Of a stretch of DNA of 64,000 bases, positions 20,315-31,201 are shown piece by piece. The stretch is from NCBI GenBank assembly GCA_964586155.1, contig CAZPHC010000002.1, forward strand, positions 8,403 to 72,402, read 5' to 3'. How positions within the stretch are numbered: position 1 is the stretch's first letter; every line of letters begins with the position of its first letter. The notes under the pieces were generated by a model that was not told where the DNA came from, ran no database searches, and was given only the letters and a program-made list of their open reading frames with translations. Both the position numbers and the translations under genes were made by a program. The stretch comes from an uncultured Enterobacteriaceae bacterium (GTDB taxonomy: Bacteria; Myxococcota_A; UBA9042).

Positions 20315-21571
20315 ATGAATCGCATCCCATCACGGCGGGCAGTCGTGGCGACGTCGCCGTGGTCCGTCCCGGTCCTGGCGCTGACGCTCGCGCTCCTGGC
20401 GGCGGCCTGTAGCGGCGGTGGCACCAGCTCCGGCAGCGGCGGCCTCGGCCTGCCCGACGGCAGCGGCGGCGGTGGCAACGGCGACAGCAGCAGCGGCGGC
20501 GACACGGTCGGCAACGGGGGAGACGCAGCCACCAGCGGCGACACCGCCGGCGGCGCTGACGCCGAGGCCACGGTCTGCGTCGCGCCGGGCATGGGCGAGT
20601 GCGACAGCGCCAGCGAGTGCAGCTCCGAGCAGTATTGCGATCCGTGCAGCCGCACCTGCGAGACGCCGCGCGGCCTGTGCGCGCCCTGCAACGCCGACGT
20701 GCAGTGCGAGAAGGCGGACGTGGGCTCGACCTGCATCCCCTTCGCCACGGGCGGCACCTTCTGCGGCCGCGCCTGCCTCGGCGACGCGGGCTGCTCCAAG
20801 GGCTACGCCTGCAAGGACGTCGGCGCCAAGGAGAAGCAGTGCGTGCCGAAGACCGGCTCGTGCGGACCGATCGCCGGCGGCTGCAAGGTCGACGCCGACT
20901 GCCCCTACACGACCGTCTGCAACCCGGAGTATGCCGCCTGCATCAAGGGCTGCAGCGAGGACACCGAATGCCCGCAGGGCAAGGTCTGCGCGCTGTTCCG
21001 CTGCGTCGCGCCCTGCACCGGCGATGAGGTCTGCAAGTCGCTCGCCGCCGAAGCCGTCTGCCAGGACAGCCGCTGCAAGATCCCCGGCGGCTGCCTCGGC
21101 GCTCCCGATTGCCCCGAGAAGGCGACCTACTGCGACAACGAGACGCACAAGTGCAAGAACGGATGCCTGGTCGACGCTGACTGCAAGGAATTCGGCATGA
21201 AGTGCCAGGCCAACGGCTGCGTCGCCAAGGGCTGCCTCGAGAACTGGGAGTGCAGCTTCGGCGAGGTCTGCGATCCCGGCACCGGCAAGTGCAACAAGGC
21301 CGAGGGCCCCTACTGCGGCAAATGCGACGCCCAGGACGACAAGGCCACGGCCTGCGGCGGCGATCCGAACAAATGTTTCTCGTTCCAAGACAAGGACGGC
21401 AACAAGGTCGGTGACTTCTGCGGCCTCGCGTGCTCCACGGCGGCCAGCGGACCCTGCCCGCAGGGCTACGGCTGCCAGGAGCTCAAGGACGACAAGGGCG
21501 CCAGCCAGGGCAAGTATTGCCTGCGCGAGTGTTGGAAGGAGCCGTTCAAAGATCCCGCAGCGACGCCCTGA
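20315..21571 (+). CDS. Cys-rich secreted lipoprotein (418 aa), with a Gly/Ser-rich linker followed by about 50 cysteines
   Basis: The ATG at 20315 has GGAGGG upstream and the lipobox is LLAAAC. Its CxxC-rich modules are not of the DDGNPCT type. Confidence 0.75.
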   Translation: MNRIPSRRAVVATSPWSVPVLALTLALLAAACSGGGTSSGSGGLGLPDGSGGGGNGDSSSGGDTVGNGGDAATSGDTAGGADAEATVCVAPGMGECDSASECSSEQYCDPCSRTCETPRGLCAPCNADVQCEKADVGSTCIPFATGGTFCGRACLGDAGCSKGYACKDVGAKEKQCVPKTGSCGPIAGGCKVDADCPYTTVCNPEYAACIKGCSEDTECPQGKVCALFRCVAPCTGDEVCKSLAAEAVCQDSRCKIPGGCLGAPDCPEKATYCDNETHKCKNGCLVDADCKEFGMKCQANGCVAKGCLENWECSFGEVCDPGTGKCNKAEGPYCGKCDAQDDKATACGGDPNKCFSFQDKDGNKVGDFCGLACSTAASGPCPQGYGCQELKDDKGASQGKYCLRECWKEPFKDPAATP

Positions 21572-21645
21572 GGCCTAGCATGGCCGCGTCGAGCCGGGTC
21601 GCCGGCCCCCGCGTGCGCGCCGGCAGCGCCACCTTCGGAGCAGCC

Positions 21646-22680
21646 ATGACCATGACCCCCCGCGACCGCATGATGGCGGCCCTCGCGAGCAAACCCGTCG
21701 ACCGCCCGCCCGTCTGGATGATGCGCCAGGCCGGGCGCTACCTGCCCGAGTACCGCGCGGTGCGCGAGGGCGTGACCTTCCTCGACATGGTCCGCACGCC
21801 AGAGCTGGCCTGCGAAGTCACGCTTCAGCCCATCGCGCGCTTCGGCTTCGACGCCGCGATCCTGTTCTCGGACATCTTGACCATCCCCGAGGCGATGGGC
21901 CTGGACGTGACCTTCCCGGGGGGCGGGCCGCAGATCGCGCCGGTGATCCGCAGCGCGGCCGACGTCGACGCGCTCCGCCGACCCGACGTCGCCGTCTCGC
22001 TGGGCTATGTCGCCGAGGCGATGCGCCAATGCCGCGCTGGCCTCGGGCCCGACCGCGCGCTGCTCGGCTTCGCCGGCGCGCCGTGGACGCTCGCCGCCTA
22101 CATGGTCGAGGGCGCCGGCAGCAAGAGCTTCCCGATCCTGCGGGCGATGGTCTGGCAGGAGCCCGCGCTGCTGGCGTCGCTGCTCGAGCGCCTCGCCGAC
22201 GTCGTGATCGACCTGATGCTGTTGCAGATCGAAGCCGGCGCCGACGCCGTGCAGCTCTTCGACTCCTGGGCCGGTGAGCTGTCGGCCGCCGACTACGAGC
22301 GCGTCGTGCTGCCGTCGCTGCGCCGCATCGTCGAGGCCGTGCGCGCCCGCGGCGTGCCGCTGGTGCTGTTCGTCCGCAGCGGCGGCCACCTGGACGACGT
22401 CGCCATCGCCGCCCGGCCCGACGCCATCGGCCTCGACTGGCGCGCCGACATCGGCGCTGTCGCCGCCCGCGCCGGGGCCGCCGGCGTCGCGATCCAGGGC
22501 AACCTCGATCCAGCCGAGCTCTTCGCCTCGCCGGAGCATATCCGCAGCCGCGTCCAGGCGATCCACGCGGCAGTCGCGGGCCGGACGGGTCACGTCTTCA
22601 ACCTCGGCCACGGCGTCTGGCCGCAGACCCCGGTCGAGGGTGTCGCCGCGTTCGCTGCGGCGGTCCAGGCGCTGGGCTAG
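21646..22680 (+). CDS. hemE: uroporphyrinogen decarboxylase
   Basis: The WMMRQAGRYLPEY motif is present and GGAG lies 8 nt upstream of the ATG at 21646. Confidence 0.9.
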   Translation: MTMTPRDRMMAALASKPVDRPPVWMMRQAGRYLPEYRAVREGVTFLDMVRTPELACEVTLQPIARFGFDAAILFSDILTIPEAMGLDVTFPGGGPQIAPVIRSAADVDALRRPDVAVSLGYVAEAMRQCRAGLGPDRALLGFAGAPWTLAAYMVEGAGSKSFPILRAMVWQEPALLASLLERLADVVIDLMLLQIEAGADAVQLFDSWAGELSAADYERVVLPSLRRIVEAVRARGVPLVLFVRSGGHLDDVAIAARPDAIGLDWRADIGAVAARAGAAGVAIQGNLDPAELFASPEHIRSRVQAIHAAVAGRTGHVFNLGHGVWPQTPVEGVAAFAAAVQALG

Positions 22681-22689
22681 GCGGGCGTC

Positions 22690-24093
22690 GTGAGCGAGGC
22701 AGGCCAGAGGCGTGTCATCGTCGTCGGGGCCGGGATCTCCGGCCTCGTCGCGGCCTGCCGCCTGGCGGACGCTGGCCACGAGGTGCTGGTCCTCGAGCAG
22801 GCCGACGAGCCCGGCGGCAAGATCGGCGTCGTTCAGCGCGATGGCTATCTGCTCGAGCGCGGCCCCAACAGCTTCCTCGGCAGCGCGCGCGCGCTCTGGC
22901 CCTGGATCGAGCGCCTCGACCTCGGCGACGAGCTGCTGGCGGCCCAGGGGCCCGGCGATCGCTGGGTCTATCGCGGCGGCACGCTGCGCCGGCTGCCGCG
23001 CGGTCCGCTCTCGGCCCTCGGCGGCAACTGGCTCGACTGGGGCGACCGGATCCGCGTCGCCCGCGAGCTCTTCGTGCCCGCCGATCCGCGCGAGGACGAG
23101 ACGCTCTACGATTTTGTCGCCCGGCGCTGCGGCGCGGGCTTCGCCGATGGCCTGATCGCGCCCTTCACCAGCGGCGTCTACGCCGGTGATCCGCGCCAGC
23201 TCGGCGCGCGCGACGCCTTCCCGCGCATGTGGCGACTCGAGGCCGAGGGCGGCGGCCTGATCCGCGGCGCCGTGGCCCTGGCGCGCGCGCGCAAGGCTGA
23301 GCGGGGCGGCACGCCGGCGCGCAAGGGCCTGTGGAACTTCCGCGACGGCCTGGTGACGCTGCCACGAGCGCTGGCGGCGTCGCTTGCGGCGCGACCGCGC
23401 GCGCGGATCGCCTTCGGCGCCACGGTGCGCTCGCTGCGACCCGAGGGGCAGGGCGTCGTGGTCGAGGTCGAGCGCGCCGACGGCCCCGTGGTCGAGCGCG
23501 CCGACGCCGCGATCCTCGCGCTGCCGCCCGCCGCGATGGCAGCGCTGCTGGCGCCCTGGCAAGCCGAGGCGGCCGAGGCGATGCGCGCGACGCCGATGGC
23601 TCCGGTCGCGGTGGTCCACCTCGGCGGCCCGGATCCCGAGCGCGCCGCGCCCGCCGGCTTTGGCGCCCTGGTCGCGCGCGGCGAGGGCATCGAGGCGCTC
23701 GGTGTGCTGGTGCCCTCGTCGCTCTTCGCCGGCCGTGCACCCGACGGGCACGCGCTCTACGCCGTCTTCCTCGGCGGCGTCACCGATCCAGGCCTCGTCG
23801 ACCGCGACGACGCCGCGCTGATCGAGCTCGCGCTGCGCGGCAGGGCGGCCGTCTTCGGCGCTGCGGTCGATCAAGCGCCGACGATGACCCACGTCACTCG
23901 CTGGCAGGCCGCGATCCCGCAGTACATCGTCGGCCATCGTCGCCGCGTCGAGCGTGCGCGCGGCCTGATCGACGCGACGGGCGCCGCCATCGCCCTCGCT
24001 GGCGCCGGCTGCGACGGCATCTCGATCGACGACGCCGCCGCCAGCGGCCAGGCCCAGGCCGACGCGCTGCTGCAACGCTGGGGGACGCCATGA
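22690..24093 (+). CDS. hemY: Protoporphyrinogen (or coproporphyrinogen III) oxidase, HemY/PgoX family flavoprotein
   Basis: It has a GTG start, the FAD-binding motif VIVVGAGISGL...GGK...GPNSF, and a length of 467 aa. Confidence 0.85.
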   Translation: MSEAGQRRVIVVGAGISGLVAACRLADAGHEVLVLEQADEPGGKIGVVQRDGYLLERGPNSFLGSARALWPWIERLDLGDELLAAQGPGDRWVYRGGTLRRLPRGPLSALGGNWLDWGDRIRVARELFVPADPREDETLYDFVARRCGAGFADGLIAPFTSGVYAGDPRQLGARDAFPRMWRLEAEGGGLIRGAVALARARKAERGGTPARKGLWNFRDGLVTLPRALAASLAARPRARIAFGATVRSLRPEGQGVVVEVERADGPVVERADAAILALPPAAMAALLAPWQAEAAEAMRATPMAPVAVVHLGGPDPERAAPAGFGALVARGEGIEALGVLVPSSLFAGRAPDGHALYAVFLGGVTDPGLVDRDDAALIELALRGRAAVFGAAVDQAPTMTHVTRWQAAIPQYIVGHRRRVERARGLIDATGAAIALAGAGCDGISIDDAAASGQAQADALLQRWGTP

Positions 24094-25367
24094 GCCACGA
24101 TCACGCGCTCGGCCCCACGCCGAAGCCGCGCCAGGAGGGCCTGCTGCCGCTCGCCGTCGTCGGCTGCGACTTTCGCGTCGCCTCGACCGCCTGGCGCAAC
24201 GCGGCGCTGCTCGATCCCGACGCCCGGCGCAGCCTGCTCGACGGCATGCGCCGCGCCGCCGGTGCCCGCGGTCTGGTCGTGCTCGAGACCTGCAACCGCG
24301 TCGAGTGGTGGATCGACGCGCCCGACCCGCGCTGGGCCGCCGATCTGGCGCGGGCCGCGATGGTCGCGCGCTGGCAGCCGCGCCTGCCTGCAGGCAGCGC
24401 GCCGCCGCAGCCCTACGTCCACGTCGGCGAGGATGGGGTGCGCCACCTGGCGCGCGTCGTCGTCGGCCTGGAATCGTTCGTCTCCGGCGAGCGCGAGATC
24501 GCCGGCCAGCTCAACCGCGCGATGGACGCCGCCCGCGAGGCAGGCGCGACCTCGCCGGATCTCAACGCGTTGCAGACCTCTCTCGGCCGCGTCGTGCGCG
24601 CCGTCGAGCGCGGCACGGCCTTCCGGGCCCACGGCCGCGGCGTGCACGCGCTCGCGGTCGAGGTCCTGCGCGCCAGGCTCGGCGTCGCGCCCAGCCGCAT
24701 CCTGGTCGTCGGCATGGGCGAGATCGGGCGCAAGGCCGCCGCCCTGGCCGAGCGCGAGCGCGCCTGGGGCGTGCTGCGGCTGAACCGCACGGTCGACGCC
24801 GCCCACGAGGGGGCCTGGCACCGCTGGGACGAGCTGCCGCGCCTGCTGGCCGAGGTGGACGCCGTCATCGTCGCCACCGGCGCCCGCAGCCCGGTGCTGA
24901 CGCAGGACCTGATCGGCCTTGCCCTGGACGGCGCGGGCGAGCGCCCCGACGGACGCGGCACGGCGCAGCGCCCGCTCTGGATCGTCGACCTCGGCGCGCC
25001 CGGTCAGGTCGGGCTGCCAGCCGCCACCGATGCTCGCTGGCGCCGCCTCGACCTCGATGACCTGCTGATCAGCCACGCGCCGACCGCGAGCTCCGACGAG
25101 CTGCACCACGTCCATGCCCTGGTCGAGGACGCCGTCGACGAACACCGCGGCGTCCTGCGCCGTCGTGAGCATGGTCCGCTGCTGCGCCAGATCTGGGACG
25201 GCTACGACGAGGTCGCCTGGCAGCGGCTGCCGGCGCTGGTCGAGCGCCACGGTGCCGAGCTCGGCGACGACGCCCGCCGCGCGCTGCTCGACGGCATCCG
25301 CGACGCGCTGCGCGAACACGCCCGCCACCTCGTGGACGCCGTGGACATCGTCGATCCCAAGGCCTGA
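24090..25367 (+). CDS. hemA: glutamyl-tRNA reductase
   Basis: The catalytic Cys motif LETCNRVE is present, with an NADPH-binding region VVGMGEIG. The ATG overlaps the hemY stop in an ATGA arrangement. Confidence 0.9.
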   Translation: MSHDHALGPTPKPRQEGLLPLAVVGCDFRVASTAWRNAALLDPDARRSLLDGMRRAAGARGLVVLETCNRVEWWIDAPDPRWAADLARAAMVARWQPRLPAGSAPPQPYVHVGEDGVRHLARVVVGLESFVSGEREIAGQLNRAMDAAREAGATSPDLNALQTSLGRVVRAVERGTAFRAHGRGVHALAVEVLRARLGVAPSRILVVGMGEIGRKAAALAERERAWGVLRLNRTVDAAHEGAWHRWDELPRLLAEVDAVIVATGARSPVLTQDLIGLALDGAGERPDGRGTAQRPLWIVDLGAPGQVGLPAATDARWRRLDLDDLLISHAPTASSDELHHVHALVEDAVDEHRGVLRRREHGPLLRQIWDGYDEVAWQRLPALVERHGAELGDDARRALLDGIRDALREHARHLVDAVDIVDPKA

Positions 25368-25559
25368 CGCCCCGGCTCGAATCCGTTGCCATTTGCCGGC
25401 CGCAGACCTACGCTGCCGGCCCTGCGCTCCGCCCCGGGCGTGGCCACGCACCGCACGGCGGTCGTGCGCGGCCCTGGGCCGAACCCCATGCCGACGCACC
25501 CGCGTCCCGCTGCCTGCGCCCCCTTGCGGCCCCCCCCGCCGCTGCTGAACGAGGACCTG

Positions 25560-27239
<1,680 letters not shown>

Positions 27240-27305
27240 GCCGGTCGCAGCGCATCGCACGGACGTCGGGCCGGCAGGCCCGCCCTCGCCTGGGAGACTC
27301 GACAC

Positions 27306-28724
27306 ATGGGCGCCATTGACTACCAGAGCCGCATCCCGAACAACGTCCACCTCAGCGACGACAAGCGCCTGCAGCGTGCGCTGGAGCGCTGGCAGCCCGA
27401 CTACCTCGCCTGGTGGCAGGACATGGGCCCGGACGGCTACCAGACCTCCGACATCTACCTGCGCACGGCGATCTCGGCCGATCAGGCCGGCTGGGCGCAC
27501 TTCGACTACGTGAAGATGCCGGATTACCGCTGGGGCATCTTCCTCGCCGAACCCGAGCCGGACCGCAAGATCCACTTCGGCGACCACATCGGCCAGGACG
27601 CCTGGCAGGAGGTCCCCGGCGAGTACCGCACGATGCTGCGCCGCATCATCGTCACCCAGGGCGACACCGAGCCCGCCAGCGTCGAGCAGCAGCGCCAGCT
27701 CGGTCGCACCGCGCCGTCGCTCTACGACCTGCGCAACCTGTTCCAGGTCAACGTCGAAGAGGGCCGCCACCTGTGGGCGATGGTCTATCTGCTGCACAGC
27801 TACTTCGGCAAGGAGGGCCGCGACGAGGCCGACGAGCTGCTGGCCCGCCGCTCGGGCGACGCCGACAAGCCGCGCATCCTCGACGCCTTCAACCAGCCCT
27901 GCACCGACTGGCTGTCGTTCTTCTGCTTCACCATGTTCGCCGACCGCGACGGCAAGTACCAGCTCGCCAGCCTCGCCGAGAGCGCCTTCGACCCGTTGGC
28001 GCGCACCTGCCGCTTCATGCTGACCGAAGAGGCGCATCACATGTTCGTCGGCGACACCGGCCTCGAGCGCATCATCCGCCGCAGCGCCGAGTTGACGCGC
28101 CAGGACCCGAACGGCGACGCGCGCAAGCTCGGTGGCATCGACCTGCCGACGATCCAGCGCTTCATCAACTACTGGCTCAGCTACTGCCTCGATCTGTTCG
28201 GCTCCGAGGTCAGCACCAACGCCGCGGACTACTTCGGCCACTCGCTCAAGGGTCGCTTCAACGAGGCCAAGCGCTACACCGAGCACACCGCGCTCGGCCA
28301 GCACCGCACCGTCGAGGTCGTGCGCGACGGCAAGCTGACGACCGAAGAGGTGGCGCTGCGCAACGCCATGAACGAGGAGCTGCGCGACGGCTACCTCGAT
28401 GAGTGCGAGAACGCCGTGCGGCGCTGGAACAAGGCCATCTCCGAGACTGGCGTCGACTTCGAGCTCACGGTGCCGAACCGTCGCTTCCACCGCCGCCAGG
28501 GCCTGTACAGCAACCACCTGTTCAACCCGCAGGGCGAGCTGATCGACGCGGCGACCTGGGACGCCAACGTCGCCGCCTGGCTGCCGAGCGAGTCGGACAA
28601 GGCCTACGTCCGCAGCCTGATGCAGCCGTGCTACGAGCCGGGCAAGTGCGCCAACTGGATCGCCCCGCCCAAGCGTGGCATCAACGGCCAGCCCTTCGAG
28701 TTCGAGTACGTGCGCTTCGGCTAG
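27306..28724 (+). CDS. boxB: benzoyl-CoA 2,3-epoxidase, diiron oxygenase component
   Basis: The 472-aa product has the BoxB-type N-terminus IDYQSRIPNNVHLSDDKRLQRALERWQPDYLAWWQDMGP plus E...H diiron motifs (EEGRHLW, EEAHHMF). Confidence 0.85.
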   Translation: MGAIDYQSRIPNNVHLSDDKRLQRALERWQPDYLAWWQDMGPDGYQTSDIYLRTAISADQAGWAHFDYVKMPDYRWGIFLAEPEPDRKIHFGDHIGQDAWQEVPGEYRTMLRRIIVTQGDTEPASVEQQRQLGRTAPSLYDLRNLFQVNVEEGRHLWAMVYLLHSYFGKEGRDEADELLARRSGDADKPRILDAFNQPCTDWLSFFCFTMFADRDGKYQLASLAESAFDPLARTCRFMLTEEAHHMFVGDTGLERIIRRSAELTRQDPNGDARKLGGIDLPTIQRFINYWLSYCLDLFGSEVSTNAADYFGHSLKGRFNEAKRYTEHTALGQHRTVEVVRDGKLTTEEVALRNAMNEELRDGYLDECENAVRRWNKAISETGVDFELTVPNRRFHRRQGLYSNHLFNPQGELIDAATWDANVAAWLPSESDKAYVRSLMQPCYEPGKCANWIAPPKRGINGQPFEFEYVRFG

Positions 28725-28750
28725 CGCCGGGATCGCCGCCCGCCGCGAGG

Positions 28751-29572
28751 ATGGACATGGACGCAACGCAGCGGCCGCCGGTCGCCTGGCGGCAGGTCGG
28801 CGCGGTGGTCGTGCTGACCATCGACCGGCCCGAGAAGATGAACGCGCTCGACGCCGCCACGATCGCCGCGCTGCACGACGCCTGTGGCCGCGTCGAGGCC
28901 GCGATCGCGGGCCGCGCCGATGATGGCATCGACGGCGAGATCGCCGCGGTGGTGGTCACCGGAGCCGGGGATCGCGCCTTCGTCGCCGGGGCAGACATCG
29001 CCGAGCTGCGCGAGCGCCGGGCCCCGGACGCGCTGGCCGCGATCAACAGCCGCTTGTTCGATCGCGTCGCGCGGTTGCCGGTGCCGACCATCGCGGCGGT
29101 CCGCGGCTTCGCCCTCGGCGGTGGCTGCGAGCTCGCGATCGCCTGCGATCTGCGCATCGCCGGGCGGTCGGCGCGCTTCGGCCAGCCGGAGGTCTCGCTC
29201 GGCATCCTGGCCGCGGCGGGCGGCACCTACCGGTTGCCGGCGCTGGTCGGCCTCGGCCGCGCCCGCGAGCTGCTGTTCACCGCGCGGATCGTCGACGCTG
29301 ACGAGGCGCTCGCCATCGGCCTGTGCGAGCAGGTCGTCGACGACGCCGAGGTGCTGGATGCCGCCATCGCCCTCGGCCAGCGAATTGCCTGCAACGACGG
29401 GCTCGCCGTGCGTTTGACCAAGGCAGCGCTGGCACGGGGCGGCGTGGGCGGTCCTGACGCGATCGCCGCCGAGTCGACCACGCAGGCCGTGTTGTTCGAG
29501 TCCCCAGAGAAGTTCCGCCGCATGGATGCCTTCCTGGCCAAGCGCGCGGCCAAGGCGGCCACGTCGAGCTGA
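28751..29572 (+). CDS. enoyl-CoA hydratase (crotonase family)
   Basis: The oxyanion hole and catalytic region read VVTGAGDRAFVAGADI...GFALGGGCELAIACD. The ATG is at 28751. Confidence 0.85.
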   Translation: MDMDATQRPPVAWRQVGAVVVLTIDRPEKMNALDAATIAALHDACGRVEAAIAGRADDGIDGEIAAVVVTGAGDRAFVAGADIAELRERRAPDALAAINSRLFDRVARLPVPTIAAVRGFALGGGCELAIACDLRIAGRSARFGQPEVSLGILAAAGGTYRLPALVGLGRARELLFTARIVDADEALAIGLCEQVVDDAEVLDAAIALGQRIACNDGLAVRLTKAALARGGVGGPDAIAAESTTQAVLFESPEKFRRMDAFLAKRAAKAATSS

Positions 29573-29634
29573 GCCGCCGGCCCGTCCCCTCCCACTCGCG
29601 TCCTCCTCTCGTCACGGAGGCGTAGGAGCCCCCC

Positions 29635-30519
29635 ATGGAGCAGTTGGCGTTCTCGCGCGTCGTCGTCATCGGCGCCGGCACGATGGGCCACGGCATCGCC
29701 CACGTCGCCGCCCAGGCTGGGGCGCAGGTCGCCCTGCACGACGTCACCGAGGCCGCGATCGCCCACGGCCTCGCCCAGATCCGCGGCAACCTCGACAAGG
29801 GCGTCGCCTGCGGCAAGGTCGACGCCGCCACCCGCGACGCGACGATGGCCCGGCTGCGGCCGGCGCCGGACCTCGCGGCCGCGGTCGCCGACGCGGACCT
29901 GATCGTCGAGGTCGTGCCCGAGCAGCTCGAGCTCAAGCGCCGGGTCCTCGGGCTCGCCGCCGCCAGCGCGCCCGCCGACGCCGTCATCGCCAGCAACACC
30001 TCGAGCATCCCGCTGCGGCTGCTCGCCGACGCCGTGGGCGGGCCGACGCGGCTCTGCGGGATGCACTTCTTCAACCCGGTGCACATCCAGCCCCTGGTCG
30101 AAGTCGTGCGCGCCGACGGCAGCGACGAGGCGGTGATCGAGCGCGCCGTGCGCTTCGCCCGGCAGATGGGCAAGGAGCCGATCGTCGTGCGCGACGTCGC
30201 CGGCTTCGCCAGCAGCCGCCTCGGCCTCGCGCTCGGCCTCGAGGCCATCCGCATGGTGCAAGAGGGCGTCGCCAGCGCCGCCGACATCGACAGCGCGATG
30301 ACGCTCGGCTATCGCCACCCGATGGGGCCGCTGGCGCTGACCGATCTGGTCGGCCTCGACGTCCGCCTCGCCATCGCCGAGACGCTGGCGCGCGAGATCG
30401 ACGCCACGCGCTTCGCCCCGCCGCAGCTGCTGCGCGACCTGGTCGCGGCAGGCAAGCTCGGGCGCAAGAGCGGCGAGGGCTTCTACCGCTACGACGCCCA
30501 GGGCAACCGAATCGCCTGA
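29635..30519 (+). CDS. hbd: 3-hydroxyacyl-CoA (3-hydroxybutyryl-CoA) dehydrogenase
   Basis: The Rossmann motif VVVIGAGTMGHGIA and the family signature NTSS...HFFNP are present, with GGAGG upstream. Confidence 0.9.
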   Translation: MEQLAFSRVVVIGAGTMGHGIAHVAAQAGAQVALHDVTEAAIAHGLAQIRGNLDKGVACGKVDAATRDATMARLRPAPDLAAAVADADLIVEVVPEQLELKRRVLGLAAASAPADAVIASNTSSIPLRLLADAVGGPTRLCGMHFFNPVHIQPLVEVVRADGSDEAVIERAVRFARQMGKEPIVVRDVAGFASSRLGLALGLEAIRMVQEGVASAADIDSAMTLGYRHPMGPLALTDLVGLDVRLAIAETLAREIDATRFAPPQLLRDLVAAGKLGRKSGEGFYRYDAQGNRIA

Positions 30520-30583
30520 TGGCGCGTCCAAGGTTGCGTCTACCTTGCCTTGGAGTACCATCGCGGGCAGAGAGGAGCGTGCC

Positions 30584-31132
30584 ATGGACGTCGTCTACAC
30601 CATCACCGCCGCGGTCGGTTGCACCGCGCTGCTCGTGCAGGTCGGCCTGCAGCTGCTCGGTCTGGGCGGCGACGGCGACGCGCACCTCGACGCCGACGTC
30701 GAAGGCCACGAGGGCGACGGCAACCTCTTCTTCGGCATCCTCTCGTTCAAGACGCTGTCGGCGTTCGCGGCCTTCTTCGGCCTGGCCGGCCTCGCTGCGG
30801 CCCAGGGGGGCATCGAGAGCGACGCCCTGCGCCTGGTCCTGGCGATCGGCGCCGGGATCGCGGCTGGCGGCGTCGTCATGGTCCTGATGCGTGGCCTGTC
30901 GAAGCTGCAGGCCTCCGGCACGGTCAACCTCGACGACGTCGTGGGCAAGACCGCCAGCGTCTACCTGAGCATCCCGGCGGCCTCCAAGGGCGACGGCAAG
31001 ATCATGGTCGAGGTGCAGGGACGCGAGCGGGAGCTGACGGCGATCACCGCGGGCCCGGAGATCCCAACCGGCGCGACGGTCAAGGTGACCAAGCGCATGG
31101 CGGGTGACCGCTTCGAGGTCGTGCGCGCGTAG
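30584..31132 (+). CDS. NfeD-family membrane protein with a C-terminal OB-fold
   Basis: It has two TM helices followed by a beta-rich C-terminus and is the upstream partner of an SPFH gene. The ATG at 30584 has AGAGGAG upstream. Confidence 0.75.
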   Translation: MDVVYTITAAVGCTALLVQVGLQLLGLGGDGDAHLDADVEGHEGDGNLFFGILSFKTLSAFAAFFGLAGLAAAQGGIESDALRLVLAIGAGIAAGGVVMVLMRGLSKLQASGTVNLDDVVGKTASVYLSIPAASKGDGKIMVEVQGRERELTAITAGPEIPTGATVKVTKRMAGDRFEVVRA

Positions 31133-31201
31133 CGCCGAGGGCGTCGTTCGAGGTCGAAGCGTCGCGAGCCTCGGGCTGCGTGACGGTAGGAGGAGTTCCG
31201 C

